The notes: generated from the letters alone by a model not told the origin. Counted from the stretch's first letter, positions 26,943-40,019 are shown. The stretch is DNA of 64,000 bases from Chiloscyllium plagiosum (GCF_004010195.1 NC_057718.1:9588985-9652984), one strand, 5' to 3'. Numbers and translations are program-made.

Positions 26943-27430
26943 TAGATTACATTCCCTACAGTTTGGAAACAGGCCTTTTGGTCCAACAACTCCATACCGA
27001 CTCTCCGAAGAGTAACCCACCCAGACCCATTTCCCTCGAACTAATGCACCTAACTCTATGGGCAATTTAGCATGGCCAATTCACCTGAACTGCACATCTT
27101 TGGACTGTGGGAGGAAACCGGAGCACCGGGAGGAAACCCATGCAGACACGAGGAGAATGTGCAAACTCCAAGAGGCAGTCACCCGAGGCTGGAATCAAAC
27201 CTGGCATCCTGGTGCTGTGAGGCAGCAGTGCTAACCACTGAAACATCGTGCCACCCTTCTGCCACCTTGTCCGTAATGTCATCATGTGTGAGCAAAACAG
27301 TGTTAGGTGCATTAGTCAGGGATAAATGTAAGGGAATGGGTCTGGGTGGGATACTCTTCTGAGGGTCGGTGTGGACTTGTTGGGCCAAATGGCCTGTTTC
27401 CACACTGTAGGGAATCTAATCTAATCTAAT
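26943..27430. mobile_element. SINE (minus, 26943-27260) followed by a plus-strand SINE 3' part (about 27297-27430)
   Basis: Similarity to 694-1022 in both orientations. Confidence 0.8.
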
Positions 27431-28099
27431 CTTGGATCGAAGGGTGTTCCTGTGCTGTATAACTCCATGAATTCAAACACTATATCTGTGCATCAGTTTT
27501 GTTCAAGGGGATGGGCTGCTCTTAAAAAAGGACTTGTGCAAAGAACAAGTTGGGGCAGGTTTTGTTTGAACAAGTTTTAATTAAATAAATGCAGTGAGTG
27601 CTTCAGGGCAAGTAGATACTCCTCACATGATGCAGATGTACAGCTTTTGAAGTGATTTCTGCATAAACTCATTCTAATTCCCAACATCCAGACTAACTGA
27701 ACTGGGAGTTGCAGCATAAATCTGATCAGTTCGACTGTCTCCCTAACTCAAGTTCAACTTGAAAAAAAAATACAAGGAGATCAATGGGGAAGTGATGAGT
27801 TTTATAGGAGACTACATCAGAAGGGGGGGGGGGGGAGAAGTGAGGATGAGGAACAACAGCAAAGTGGGAAGGAGAGATGGGGACGGAACCGTGGAAAAAA
27901 GGCAGGGGCGAGGGGGAAGAAGGAGTGGAAAACGGCGTGGGGTAAAAGGTGACCAAAATATAAAAGGAGCCAGGCGATTGTACAATGCATACAACACATT
28001 TCACTCACACACACACATAAGCAAAATGTGAAAGTGAGTCTTATAAGTAGTGCCATGCTTGGCTCCCTTAAGATATTGGGAAGTGGGGCACTGTAACAT

Positions 28100-28830
28100 T
28101 TAGACAGGGTGTTGCGTCCGGTTCATGCCTCGATTCACACGTGATATTAATGTAACCAGCACGGAAGTAACCCGCCTTTACCAACATCCCGCACGGAACA
28201 CAGCCGGACATGAATTATACATTATACACAGAACACCTCCCTAGAAATGTCGCACCACCCAGAACCAATCTCGGTCACTGAACCAAGGATCCAGTTTTAA
28301 AAAATCCCCACTCGAGCTGCACTGTCAGAATGAAAAGGCAAAACGCGATCGCTTGTTGCAAAATCGGAACATAAATGTTTGCTAATTTCAGCTGTTTCCA
28401 GCGCTTTAATTCCAAACCAATCTCTCTTCTCTCAGAAACAACTACCTATTCATCCCACATAATTTCGTAAAAGCAAGAGGATAAATCTACATACTTCAGT
28501 TTTCTTCTGTCTCTGCTTCGTTGGTTTATGTCAAGTAATCAACAAGCAACAGCTCGAGTACAGGAAGTGTTAACGATGAGGAAGTTCAGAAAAAGATCGG
28601 CTGCTCAGGCTGACGTCAGGAAGCTCTTTCTGTGAGTTTCAGCGGATTTCCACCAGGGTTTTTATTTGTTCACATCCTCCTGGAGAGTCCTGTGTGAACG
28701 GTGTTGCATGTCTTTTCCGTTGTGTGACTCTAATTCTGATCCGTTTTCGGTGAGATAATTGATGTTAATCAAGGTTCCAAACGCAAATTGATATTCGCAA
28801 AGATCACCTTTAAATACTCGAATGCCAGCG
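28100..28830 (-). promoter_or_regulatory. Probable ABRACL promoter region
   Basis: Local CpG enrichment, a perfect CRE TGACGTCA at 28611-28618, and ETS-type sites CAGGAAGT (28561), GAGGAAGT (28578) and CGGAAGT (about 28162). Confidence 0.55.
28495..28600 (-). other. ABRACL: Probable non-coding exon 1 of ABRACL
   Basis: Donor GAA|gtatgt at 28494 in a non-repetitive, CpG-enriched segment. The first coding exon has an acceptor 6 nt before its ATG, so an upstream UTR exon is required. The TSS position is a guess. Confidence 0.55.
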
Positions 28831-29185
28831 CCCCCCTGCAAGTAGTGACACATACCTAGGAAGCCCTGTAAATACTGGCACACTGCCAGGGATACCCTGC
28901 AAATATTGACAGAATCCCGAGACCCCCTGCAAATGTTGACACTTTTCCGGGGATATCCTGTAAATATTGACACATAATCAGGAACTTCCTTTAAATATTG
29001 ATATTCCCGAGGATGCCTTGTCAATATTGAGACACCCAGGATGCCCCTATAACTACTAACAGTTTGTGTAGTCCCTTATAATATTAGCATATTCCCAAAG
29101 GTCTCCTGTTAATATTAACACATTCCAAGGGGACCCCTTTAAATATTGACATATTCCCAAGAAACTCTAGCAAAAATATTGACAA
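28830..29185. repeat. Degenerate minisatellite, unit about 30-31 bp, core CCTGTAAATATTGACA
   Basis: About 11 diverged units visible; a related array lies at 39575-39900. Confidence 0.8.
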
Positions 29186-30389
29186 ATATGGCCATAAGAG
29201 AGAGGAACAGGAGTAGGCCAAATAGCCAATTAAACCTGCACCACTGTTCAACAACACATTCCCATGAATTAATAAAAAAGCACTCCAACTTCATGAATTA
29301 TCTTGTGCATATGAATGAGTGAATCAGAAGGAGTCAGCCATTCAGTCCTTTAAACCTGCTCTGTCATTATAGATGATACTATTGTAACCTCAAATCCATA
29401 TTCCTGCCTATCCCTGATTACCTTTTAACTCCTTGCTTAACAAAAATCTATCCACGCCTATCTTAAAAATATTCAAGGACATAGTTGTGGAAAAGAGTTC
29501 CACAGACTCATGATCCTGAGAGAAAGGATTTTGCCTGATTTGTTTTAAAATGGGACACATTTGTTCTAGACTATCTTATAAGAGGAAACATCCTCTCGAA
29601 ATCTACCCTATCTAGATCTTTCACAATTTTGTTTCAAATTGCTTTTTCGTCCTCTAAACTTCAGCTGATACAAGATGAGTCTGTCCACCACAGTACGTGC
29701 CACCATCTGCTCTCTGATTCCTCATACTAATTCTTTGCTACTGCAGCTACCTCCCACTGAGGTTCTACCACTCTCCCTATTGCATTAACATTGTCTCTCA
29801 CCTCAGTCTCACCTGCCCCAAACCACCTACCCCCTCACCCCGTGATCTTTGCACAGTCTATTAATTTGTACAAGTCATCACTTGCCACCCCACAACCTCT
29901 ACGCCCCCCCCCCCCGCCCTCAACTTACAGCTGTGCCAGACCCTTTAATAACTCCCTTTCACTAAATACAGGAGAAGATCCAAAACGGGTGGTGGGCTCT
30001 CCAACATTCAGGACCTTGCCCCTTATGAATGGCTCATGACCCTGATTGCCCATGCAGCTGACTGTGTTTAAGTCAGGCTAAAGGGCTTATGCCTGAAACA
30101 TCCACTCTCCTCTCCTCAGATGCTGCCTGACCTGCTGTGCTTTTACCAGCACCACACTTTTCGACTTTGATTCTCCAGCATCTGCAGACCATACTTTCTC
30201 AAAGTGTTTATCAAGCCAATGTCAGTGCTCTGCAGTCATGACAATCAAGCAGAGCTATTGGAGTATACAAAAGGTGACATCTCAGGTCAGACACTGAAAT
30301 CTGTCTCAGAGTTTTAACCTGGCATCAGGCTGGTTTTATTCTGAAAGCAGTAATTTATAAGATTCCACACTGATTGACTTTGACTACAA

Positions 30390-33300
30390 ATTATGTGTTT
30401 TTTGAATAAAATAGAATGTATCTGCAAATAAACAAACATCTTGGATGAAATGATTCACCCCATAGATTTGTGTGTGTGAGAGAGAGATGGAGGGAAGGAG
30501 GGGGTGAGATAGAGTGTATGTGCTTGAGAGAGTCTGTGTATCTGTGTGTGAGAGAGGGTGTGCGAGAGAGGTGTCTGTGTGAGTGTGTTTGTGTGAGAGT
30601 TTGTGTATGTATGCATGTGAGACACTGTGAAAGCAAGGAAGGTTTTACAGATACAGAAGTGTGGTGGGGTGACCTGTTCATGACATGAACCCAAGATCAC
30701 TGTTCAGGCTGTCTTCATGGGTATGGAACTTCTCTGCTCAGCCATTTTGCATTGTTGTGTATCTCAGAGTCCACCCTGAAGGACACTTACCTGAAGATCA
30801 TAGGCTGAATGTCCTTGACTGAAGTGTTCCCCAACTGGGAAGGAACATTCTTGTATGGTGATAGTTGCGCAGTATCCATTCATCCATTGTTGTGGAGTCT
30901 GCATAACCTTGCCAATATACCATGCCTTGGGGCATTCTTGCTTGCAGCATATGAGATAGATAACGAGAGACACAAAGATGTACAGCACGGAAACAGAACC
31001 TTCAGTTTAACACATCCATGCTCACCAGATATCCCAACCCAATCTAGTCCCATTTGCCAGCACTTGGCCCATTTCCCTCAAAACCCTTCCTATTCAAATG
31101 CCCATTCAGATGGCTTTTAAATATTGCAACTGTACCAGCTTCCACCACTTCCTCTGACAGCTTATTCCATACATGCACCACCCTCTGTGTGAAAATGTTG
31201 CCCCTTGGGTCCCTTTTATATCTTTCCCCTCTCACCCTAAACCTATGCCCTCTAGATCTGGACTCTCCCACCCCAGGGAAAAAACTTTGTCAATTTACTC
31301 TATCCATGCCCCTTATGATTTTATAAACCTCTTTGAGGTCACTCTCAGGCTTTGACGCTCCAGGGAAAAAAGCCCAAGCCTATTCAGCTTCTCTCTATAG
31401 CTCAAATCCCCCAACCCTGGCAACGCCCTTGATAATTTTTTCTGAATCCTTTCAAGTTTCACAACATCCTTACAATATGAAGGAGACGAGAATTGCACAC
31501 AATATTCCATAAGTGGCCTAACCAATGTCCTGTACAGCCCAACATGACCTAACTCCTACACTCCATGTTCTGACCAATAAAGAAAAACATTCCAAATGCC
31601 TTCTTCACTATCCTATCTACCTGTGACTCCACTTTCAAGGAGCTATGAACCTGCACTCCAAGGTATCTTTGTTAAGCAAAACTCCCTAGCACCTTACAAT
31701 TAAGTTTATAAGTCCTGCTAAGATTTGCTTTCCCAAAACACAGCACCTCGCATTTACCTAAATTAAACTCAATCTGTTATTCCTCAGCCCACTGGCCCAT
31801 CTGATTAAGATCCCATTGTACTCTGTGGTAACCTTCTTCGTTGTCCACTACACTTTCAATTTTGGTGTCATCTACAAACATACTAACTATACCACTTATG
31901 CTCACATCCAAATCATTTATATAAATGACGAAAAGTAGAGGTCCCAGCACTGATCCTTGCGGCACTTTACTGGTTACAGGCCTCCAGTCTGAAAAACCCT
32001 CCACCATCACCCTCTATCTTCTAACTTCGAGCCAGTTCTGTTTCCAAATGGTGAGTTCTCCCTGTATTCCATGAGATCTAACGTTGGTAACCACTCCCCC
32101 AAGGGGAGCCTTCTCAAAAGCCTTGCTGAAGTCCATATAGATCACATCTACTGCTCTGCCCTCGTCAATCCTCTTTGTTACTTCTTCAAAAAACTCAATT
32201 TCATGAGACATGATTTCCCATGCACAAAGCCATGTTGACAATTCCTAATCAGTCCTTGCCTTTCCAAATACGTGTGAATCCTATCCCTCAGGATTCCCTC
32301 CAACAATTTACCCACCACCGATGTCAGGCTCACTAGTCTATAGTTCCCTGGCTCATCCTTACCACCTTTCTTAAATAATAGCCAACCTCCAGTCTTCTGT
32401 CACCTCACCTGTGACTATTGATGATACAAATATTTCAGCAAGAGGCCCCACAGCTTCCCAGAGTTCTAGGGCACACCTGATCGGGTCTAGTGGATTTATC
32501 CACCTATATGCGTTTCAAGACATCCAGCACCTCCTCCTCTGTAATATGGACATTTTTCAAGATGTCACTATCTATTTCCCCACATTCTATATCTTCCATG
32601 TCCTTCACCACAGTAAACACTGAGGGCAAATACTTGTTTAGGATCTTCCCCAACTCCTGCAGCTCCACACAAAGGCTGCCTTGCTCCTCTTTGAGGAGCC
32701 CTATTCACTCCCTAATTACGCTTTTGTCCTTAATGAATTTGTAAAAACTCTTTGGATTCTCTTTAACCATATTTGCCAAAGCTTTCTCATGTCCCCTTTT
32801 TGTCTCCTGATTTTTCTCTTAAGTATATTCCTACTGCCTTTATACTCTTCTAAGGATTCACTAGATCCCTCCTGTCTATACCTGACATATGCTTCCTTCT
32901 TTTTCTTAACCAAGCCTCAATTTCTTTAGTCATCCAGCATTCCCTATACCTACCAGCCTTTCCTTTCACCCTAACAGGAATATACTGTCTCTGTACTCTC
33001 GTTATCTCATTTCTGAAGGCTTCCCATTTTCCAGCCATCTATTAATTTGCAAACATCTGCCCCCAATCAGCTTTTGAAAGTTCTTGCCTAATACCGTCAA
33101 AATAAGCGTTCCTCCAACTTAGAACTTCAACTGTTAGAACTGATCTATCCTTTTCAATCACTATTTTAAAACTATAGAATTATGGTCGCTGGCCCCAAAG
33201 TGCTCCCCCACTGACACCTCAGTCATCTGCCTTGCCTTATTTCCCAGGAATAGGTCAGGTTTTGCATCTTCTCCAGTAGGTTCATCCACATACTGAATCA

Positions 33301-34700
33301 GAAAATTTTCTTGTACACTTAACAAATTCCTCTCCATCTAAACCCTTAACATTATGGCATCCCAATATAATGTTTGAAAAGTTAAAATTCCTTACCATAA
33401 CCACCCTAGTATTCTTACAGATAACTGAGATCTCCTCACAAGTTTGTTTCTCAATTTCCCATAGACTATTAGGGGGTTTATAATACAATCCCAATAAGGT
33501 GACCATCCCTTTCTTATTCCTCAGTTTCACCCAAATAACTTCCCTGGGTGTATTTCCAGGAATATCCTCCCTAAGTACAGCTGTAATGCTATCCCATATC
33601 AAAAACGTCACTCCCTCTCCTTTCTTGCATCCCTATCATTCCTATAGCTTTTGTATCCTGGAACATTAAGCTGCCAGTCTTATCCATCCCTGAGCCACGT
33701 TTCTGTAATTGTTATGATATCCCAGTCCTATGTTTCTAACCATGCCCTGAATTAATCTGCCTTCCCTGTTAGGCTTCTTGCATTGAAGTAAATGCAGTTT
33801 ATCAATCTTATCTTGTTTTCTGCTTTGTTCCTGCCTGCCCTGACTGTTTGACTCGATTCTTTTCTGAACTGTCCCAGTCTCAGTTTGATCTCTTTCCTCA
33901 GTATTTCCCAGCCACCACCCCCCCCCCCCCCCCTCCACCCAACCACCCCACACCCTCCCGAGCGGCTCTAGCAAATCTCCCTGCCAATATATTAGTCCCC
34001 TTCCAATTCAGGTGCAATCCGTCCTTCTTGTACGGATAGTTCTATCCCAGAAGAAATTCCAATGATCCAAAAATGTGAATCCTTCTCCCATACACCAGCT
34101 CCTCAGCCACGCATTCATCTGCTCTATCCTCCTATTCCTATCCTCATTAGCTCATCGCAGAGGGAGTAATCCAGATATTACTAATCTCAAGGACCTCGTT
34201 TTTTAATTCCTGCCTAAAGTTCTAAATTCTCCTTTCAGAATCTCATTCTTTTCCCTTCCTACATCGTTGGTACCAATGTGTCCAATGACCTCCTGTTGGT
34301 CAAATTACATGAATATCTGCTGTGAGCATGGTGGGTGGTGTTTCCATGTGTGACAGTAGTATCCAAGTCAATGATCTGATATGTTTTGCAGAGGTTACCA
34401 CGGCAGGGTTATGTGGTGTTGTGTTTGATGTTGTTTTGAAGGCTGGGTAGTTTGCTGCGAACAATGGTCCTTTTAAGGTTTTGCGGTTGTTTGAAGGTGA
34501 GAAGTGGAGGAATAGGGAAGATCTTGGCAAGGTTTTCATCATCATTGATGACATATTGAAGGCTGCAAAGAATATGACGTCGTATCTCCACTCGGGGGAA
34601 GTACTGGATGACAAAGGGTACTCTATCAGTCGTATCCTGCGTCTGTCTTCTGATGGGGTTGTTGCAGTTTTTCACAGTGGCATGTTGGAACTGGTGATCG
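30390..34700 (-). mobile_element. Penelope-like element (linker and GIY-YIG endonuclease) split by a CR1; parts about 30390-30964 and 34295-34700
   Basis: RVPFVIQYFP...IFPIPPLLTFKQPQNLKRTIVRSKL (linker) and VIYLICCKQECPKAWYIG...PVGEHFSQGHS (GIY-YIG). Confidence 0.85.
30965..34294 (-). mobile_element. 3.3-kb degraded CR1 LINE (ORF1 esterase remnant, APE endonuclease, RT, 3' UTR)
   Basis: Motifs HIGTNDV (ORF1), CIYFNARSL and LGLYYKPPNS (EN), VDVIYMDFSKAF and VPQGSVLGP (RT); many frameshifts. Confidence 0.92.
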
Positions 34701-35481
34701 CTGCAATAAAGTATCTTTGCAGCAACATTGCAATGCAAATGCTGGTGCACCCCAATGTATAGCTTAAAGTGGAGAACCATACTATAAGTGAATTGGAGAA
34801 GTGCCACGATGATATGATGGGCTGGCAAGTGTCGGATTCTGTGCAGTCACTACCCATGGAGCATGCAGCAACCTGGAGTCACCAGGTTTTTCACTCAAGA
34901 CTTCAAAGTCAAGATTTCCCTGTGTCAAGTTCATTTGCAGCAGGTTATAAAAGGCTTCATATTAATGAAGTGAGATCTCCCAGGTAATTTGGCTGATGAC
35001 AAGCAATAATTCTCTTAATAGATCTAGCAAGACTTTGTTTGATATCAAAAACTGTTGGAAAACACAGCTAGTTGCTCCCCACATCACGATAGGCTTCACT
35101 CGACTTCTAAGGCAATTGTCCTGAATTTCTCGCTGTAGCCACAACATTCTGACCCGTTTCACCTTCAGTTTCCTGTTTTCTATTTCCTTGCCTTCGTTAA
35201 TAGTGATGCTACATTAAGGTTTTCCAAACTACTGGGATCTTCCCATAATCCAGGGATTTTGGAAGATTACAAGCAATCCATCCACTTTCTTTAAGACTCT
35301 CAGATGCAGGCCATCTGATCCAAAGTACTTTGTCAGTACTTTGTTTCATTATTTTTCCTGGTACTTTTCCCTAGTGATTGTGATGGATTTGATTTCTTTC
35401 TGCTTCTCATTTTTCAGTATTCTGAGAATATTTTTTGTGCCCTCTGTGAGGACAGACATCAAACACCTGTTGAAAATGTTA

Positions 35482-36932
35482 ACATAGACAATAGATGCAG
35501 GAGTAGGCCATTCAGCCCTTCGAGCCTGCACCGCCATTCAATATAATCATGGCTGATCATTCCTAATCAGTATCCTGTTCCTGCCTTATCTCCATAACCC
35601 TTGATTCCACTATCTTTGAGAGCTCTATCCAACTCCTTCTTAAATGAATCCAGTGAGTGACAAGCCCAGTCGCTTCAGTCTTTCATTGTAAGGTAATCCT
35701 GCCATTCCAGGAATTGACCTCGTGAACCTACGCTGCACTTCCTCAATAGCCAGAATGTCTTTTCTCAAATTTGGAGACCAGAACTGCACACAGTACTCCA
35801 GGTGTGGTCTCACCAGGGCCCTGTACAGCTGCAGAAGCATCTCTTTGCTTCTATACTCAATTCCTCTTGTTATGAAGGCCAGCATGCTATTAGCCTTCTT
35901 CACTACCTGCTGTACCTGCATGCTTGCCTTCATTGTCTGGTGTACAAGAACACCCAGATCTCTCTGTACTGCCCTTTACATAAATTGATTCCATTGGGGT
36001 AGTAGTCTGCCTTCCTGTTCTTGCTACCAAAGTGGTAACCATACATTTATCCACATTAAACTGCGTCTGCCATGCATCTGCCCACTCACCTGACTTGTCC
36101 AGGTCACCCTGTAATCTCCTACCATCCTCCTCACTTTTCACCCTGCCACCCAGCTTTGTATCATCAGCAAATTTGCTAATGTTATTGCTGATACCATCTT
36201 CTATGTCATTAACATATATTGTAAAAAGCTGTGGTCCCAGCACGGATCCCTGCGGTACCCCATTGGTCACTGCCTGCCATTCCGAAATGGAGCCGTTTAT
36301 CACTACCTTTTGTTTCCTATTAGCCAACCAATTTTCAATCCAATCTAGTACTTTTCCCCCAATACCATGCGCCCTAATTTTACTCACTAACCTCCTGTGT
36401 GGGACTTTATCACAAGCTTTCTGAAAGTCCAGGTACACTACATCTACTGTATTTCCCTCGTCCAACTTCATAGTTACATCCTCAAAAGATTCAAGAAGAT
36501 TAGTCAAGCATGATTTCCCCTTCTTAAATCCATGCTGACTCTGTCCTATCCTGTTACTACTATCCAGATGTGCCGTAATTTCATTCTTTATAATAGACTC
36601 CAGCATCTTTCCCACCACTGAGGTCAGACTAACTGTTTTAGACTTTCCTGCTTTCTCTCGCCCACCTTTCTTAAAAAGTGGTGTAACATTTGCCACCCTC
36701 CAATCCTCAGGAACCGACCCTGAATCTATTGAACTCTGGAAAATAATCACCAACGCATCCACGATTTCCCGAGCCACCTCCTTCAGTACCCTGGGATGCA
36801 GACCATCAGGCCCCGGAGACTTATCAACCTTCAGACCTAACAGCTTCTCCAACACCAAATCCTGGCAAATATAAATTCCCTTAAGTTCAGGTCCTTCAGC
36901 CACTGTTACCTCAGGGAGATTGCTTTCTGTGT
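35482..36932 (-). mobile_element. Relatively young 5'-truncated CR1 with a long open RT segment
   Basis: The 363-aa ORF 36981-35890 contains KSPGPDG, WRVANVTPLFKKG, QHGF, YLDFQKA.DKV, GVPQGSVLGP and KFADDTK. An internal deletion lies near 35655. Confidence 0.93.
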
Positions 36933-37026
36933 TTTCCTTGATTATTTTTTCAGTCTTGTTCTCTAAGCAACAAATAATCACTTAAATTAATCTCATCCAC
37001 TTCACTACTTCTACAAACTATTACTG

Positions 37027-37148
37027 AGCTGAAAATGTGTTGCTGGAACTTCCTGAAGAAGGGCTTATGCCCGAAACGTCGATTCTCCTGCTTTTCCAGC
37101 AACACATTTTCAGCTCTGATCTCCAGCATCTGCAGACCTCACTTTCTC
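37027..37148 (+). mobile_element. 122-bp fold-back Penelope-derived insertion carrying a hammerhead-like core
   Basis: 16-bp direct repeats CTACAAACTATTACTG at 37011-37026 and 37149-37164; inverted arms 37026-37048 and 37094-37116. Confidence 0.8.
37050..37083 (+). ncRNA. Minimal type I hammerhead-ribozyme-like motif
   Basis: CTGAAGA-A-GGGC-ttat-GCCC-GAAA-CG-TC: core boxes, 4-bp stem II, palindromic ACGT in place of stem III. Confidence 0.65.
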
Positions 37149-37865
37149 CTACAAACTATTACTGTCAATTGCTAAAATAGATTTTGTTGAAGCTTTTCAT
37201 CTTGCACACAGCAGAACAATTTATAAAGAATGACCAAAGTAAAAACATTTATAGTATGTGAAAGGAGAATTTTGACTGCTTGACAAGTGCATTTGGGTTA
37301 GTTGAGGCAATGCAATTGACAATGCACCGGGTAATGATAGTGTACAGTTAATTGCCAAGCTTTGTTTAAATTGTAAACCTGGCAGGTTGACTGATTGGTC
37401 AAGAAATTGCCCTGAAAAATAAATCAAAAAATGGTTGTCACCTATTTTATTGGATTGAAACAGGCATGGTAAGACACCCCATTTTTTTTTCAGAATAATA
37501 ACTGAATGGGAGCTTGACTCCTTTAACCAAAAAACAAAAAGGTTTTGCTAAAAATCAAGTCTATATGTTGTTGAGCTGTCCAGTACAATGCTAGATTTTT
37601 GGAAGCAAAAAAAAGAGGAACTCAGAACTGAAATCACTAAGAATCTTTTGAGTTAAGGAAAATCTACCCCATAACAATCCACTGGAAAACTGAACTGCAG
37701 GCTCCTCAAAGCTGTAAATTCCAAGAGCAACAGAGAGTAAAAACATCCAGAGCTTACAGACAGTATCCCTCTCTCTCTTGTTGTGGGAATAAAGACAGAA
37801 AGCCTTAGCAAGCCTAAAAGAATTCACAAAAAAAACTAAGTTCACCTGCCAAACTATCAAATTGA

Positions 37866-38140
37866 AGAGCTGAAAATGTGTTGCTGGAAAAGCGCAGCAG
37901 GTCAGGCAGCATCCAAGGAACAGGAGAATCGATGTTTCGGGCATAAGCCCTTCTTCAAGAATGAGGAAAGTGTGTCCAGCAGGCTAAGATAAAAGGTAGG
38001 GAGGAGGGACTTGGGGGAGGGGCATTGGAAATGCGATAGGTGGAAGGAAGTCAAGGTGAGGGTGATTGGCCGGAGTGGGGGTGGGGGCGGAGAGGTCAGG
38101 AAGAAGACTGCAGGTTAGGAAGGCAGTGCTGAGTTCGAGG
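37866..38140 (-). mobile_element. Penelope-like pLTR and 3' fragment
   Basis: Same pLTR sequence as 37027-37148 and 41719-41880. Confidence 0.75.
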
Positions 38141-38699
38141 AAGGACAAGCATCACCATTCAGATACCACCATTTCAGCAATGCAAAAATAAAAAGGACTG
38201 AAAGAGGAAAAGAATTTTCTACCTTGTGGTCTGGATTTTTGATCTTTAGATTTTTGTCTACCCTACCTATGTGTTTTGTTTTGCCCATACTTTACCCTTT
38301 GTCTGTCTTACTCATGATTGCATGTGTATTTGTGTATGTTGGGTTTTGAAAGGGTATAACTTAAATTTTAGTAATTAAAAACCATTTTACAATTCTTTAT
38401 AAAGTTGTATGTTACAAAAGATACTTATTCTTTCTGACAGGAAAGAAAGCATGTGTGGCATGCTTTCGTTCCGGGTAGCAGTCAGGCAATTTGATTTTTG
38501 GTAGTCCTGGTGGGAATTTTATCATGCATACATTTTGTGATGGCTTATGGAGTAGTTGGATATGATTATCGGTGCACTATACTATGTTCTTCCTGTCTGC
38601 AGAGAATACAGCCTTGTATATTAATGTATGTAGCATCTAGTATACACAAATGCTGCACACTGTCAGCCCAACTAACTACTCCAAATTAATTTTCTGCAT

Positions 38700-39000
38700 T
38701 ACTTTTTGAAAACTTTGGGATTGTTTAGCAAATGTTGCCCAATTGCAGAATTACATCTAATGTTGGACACTGTTGAGAGTTTTGCAAGTGTAATCTGGTT
38801 GGACATAGTCAGTACCTTGGTGTAGTAAACAGCTGAAGGAATATGCTGCTTGATATGATGTGTCAATTTGAGAGATGTATGGCCTATGTCACACCAGTAC
38901 TGAAATCCATATGCTATGTTAGTCATTTGTGAATAGGCAGAATATCTTTTCGGCTTTATGGCAGCATCCTATTAGTGGCAACCATTTGCGCTCCTACTGT
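38700..39000 (-). mobile_element. Degraded Penelope-like GIY-YIG fragment
   Basis: Translation SAIGQHLLNNP. Confidence 0.55.
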
Positions 39001-39574
39001 ATTACAGCAGTATTCATGCCCATGTAAGATGAGATACCTTACCCTCCCCAGGTTAATCTGAAGGAGACTCAGCACTTTCCAAAACCCAAAATGCAACCTT
39101 AGGCTGAGTGTCTCACAGATACTGCGTTCTTCTTGTAGCATCTTCTTTCTCAATACATCTCTGTGGAGCATTCTGAAATATTGCCTTAAATAAATACCAC
39201 TGCTTATCTATCATATTACCTTTTAACAAAAACGGAAAATGGAAATCACAGCAGGTCAGGTGGCATCCATGGAGAGAAAGCATACGAACGTTTAGAGTCT
39301 TACGATTCTTCATCAAAGCTCACATAAAGAGTGAAGGGGACAGTATTTTTGTAATAGTGGGGGGTGGGGAGGGCGGAGTACTGAAGGAAGAAAGGAACAG
39401 CAGTCCAAGGGGCATTGTATGTCCTGGACATACTTGTAATCTTGGCTGCCTGACCCGCTGCGATCTCCAGCATTTTTGTTTTCAGTACAGATCCCAGCAT
39501 CTGCATAAATATGCTCTTACCTTTTAACCTATTTGCCCATTCCAATTTAACCAATATCTTCACACCTTCTGAAT

Positions 39575-39900
39575 TTACTGGAATTCTCTGTTAATATTGA
39601 CACTCCTAGAGATTCTGTGTAAATATTGAAGCATTTGCAGAGATCCCTATCAGGCTAGGCAAAATCCTAGCAACCTCCTGAGAATATGTCTATATTTACA
39701 GAGACCCCTTGTAATAATGACAAATCTAGATATTCCCTGTAAACAATGCAATTCTAACAGATTGCTGTAAATATTGACACATTCCCAGGAAACCAGTGTA
39801 AATAGTGACACCCCCCCAATAATCCCTGTACATATTAACATGATCTTAAGAATATCGTTTAAATGTTAACACATTTCCTGGCATCCCATGGGATCCCTTG
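39575..39900. repeat. Second array of the same CCTGTAAATATTGACA minisatellite
   Basis: Units such as ctgttaatattgacac, tgtaaatattgaag, ctgtaaatattgacac and gtaaatagtgacac. Confidence 0.75.
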
Positions 39901-40019
39901 AACTGCGAATAAATACTGGCATCAAGATGTGGATTAGAATCAAATACACAACATATTTTCAAATTCTCAAGAGCTCCTAAAACAATCTGAAGTCAAACTG
40001 CTAATGAATTCAATTTGGG

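Noticed and set aside
27759..28031. Gly/Arg-rich 90-aa ORF
   Set aside because: Purine-rich low-complexity sequence with a long G run inside ABRACL intron 1.
28830..29185. CRISPR-like array
   Set aside because: Eukaryotic context, degenerate units, no unique spacers and no cas genes.
35890..36981. 363-aa ORF as a host gene or active reverse transcriptase
   Set aside because: It is a 5'-truncated CR1 ORF2 segment with no endonuclease domain, an N-terminus read from flanking DNA and a frameshifted C-terminus.
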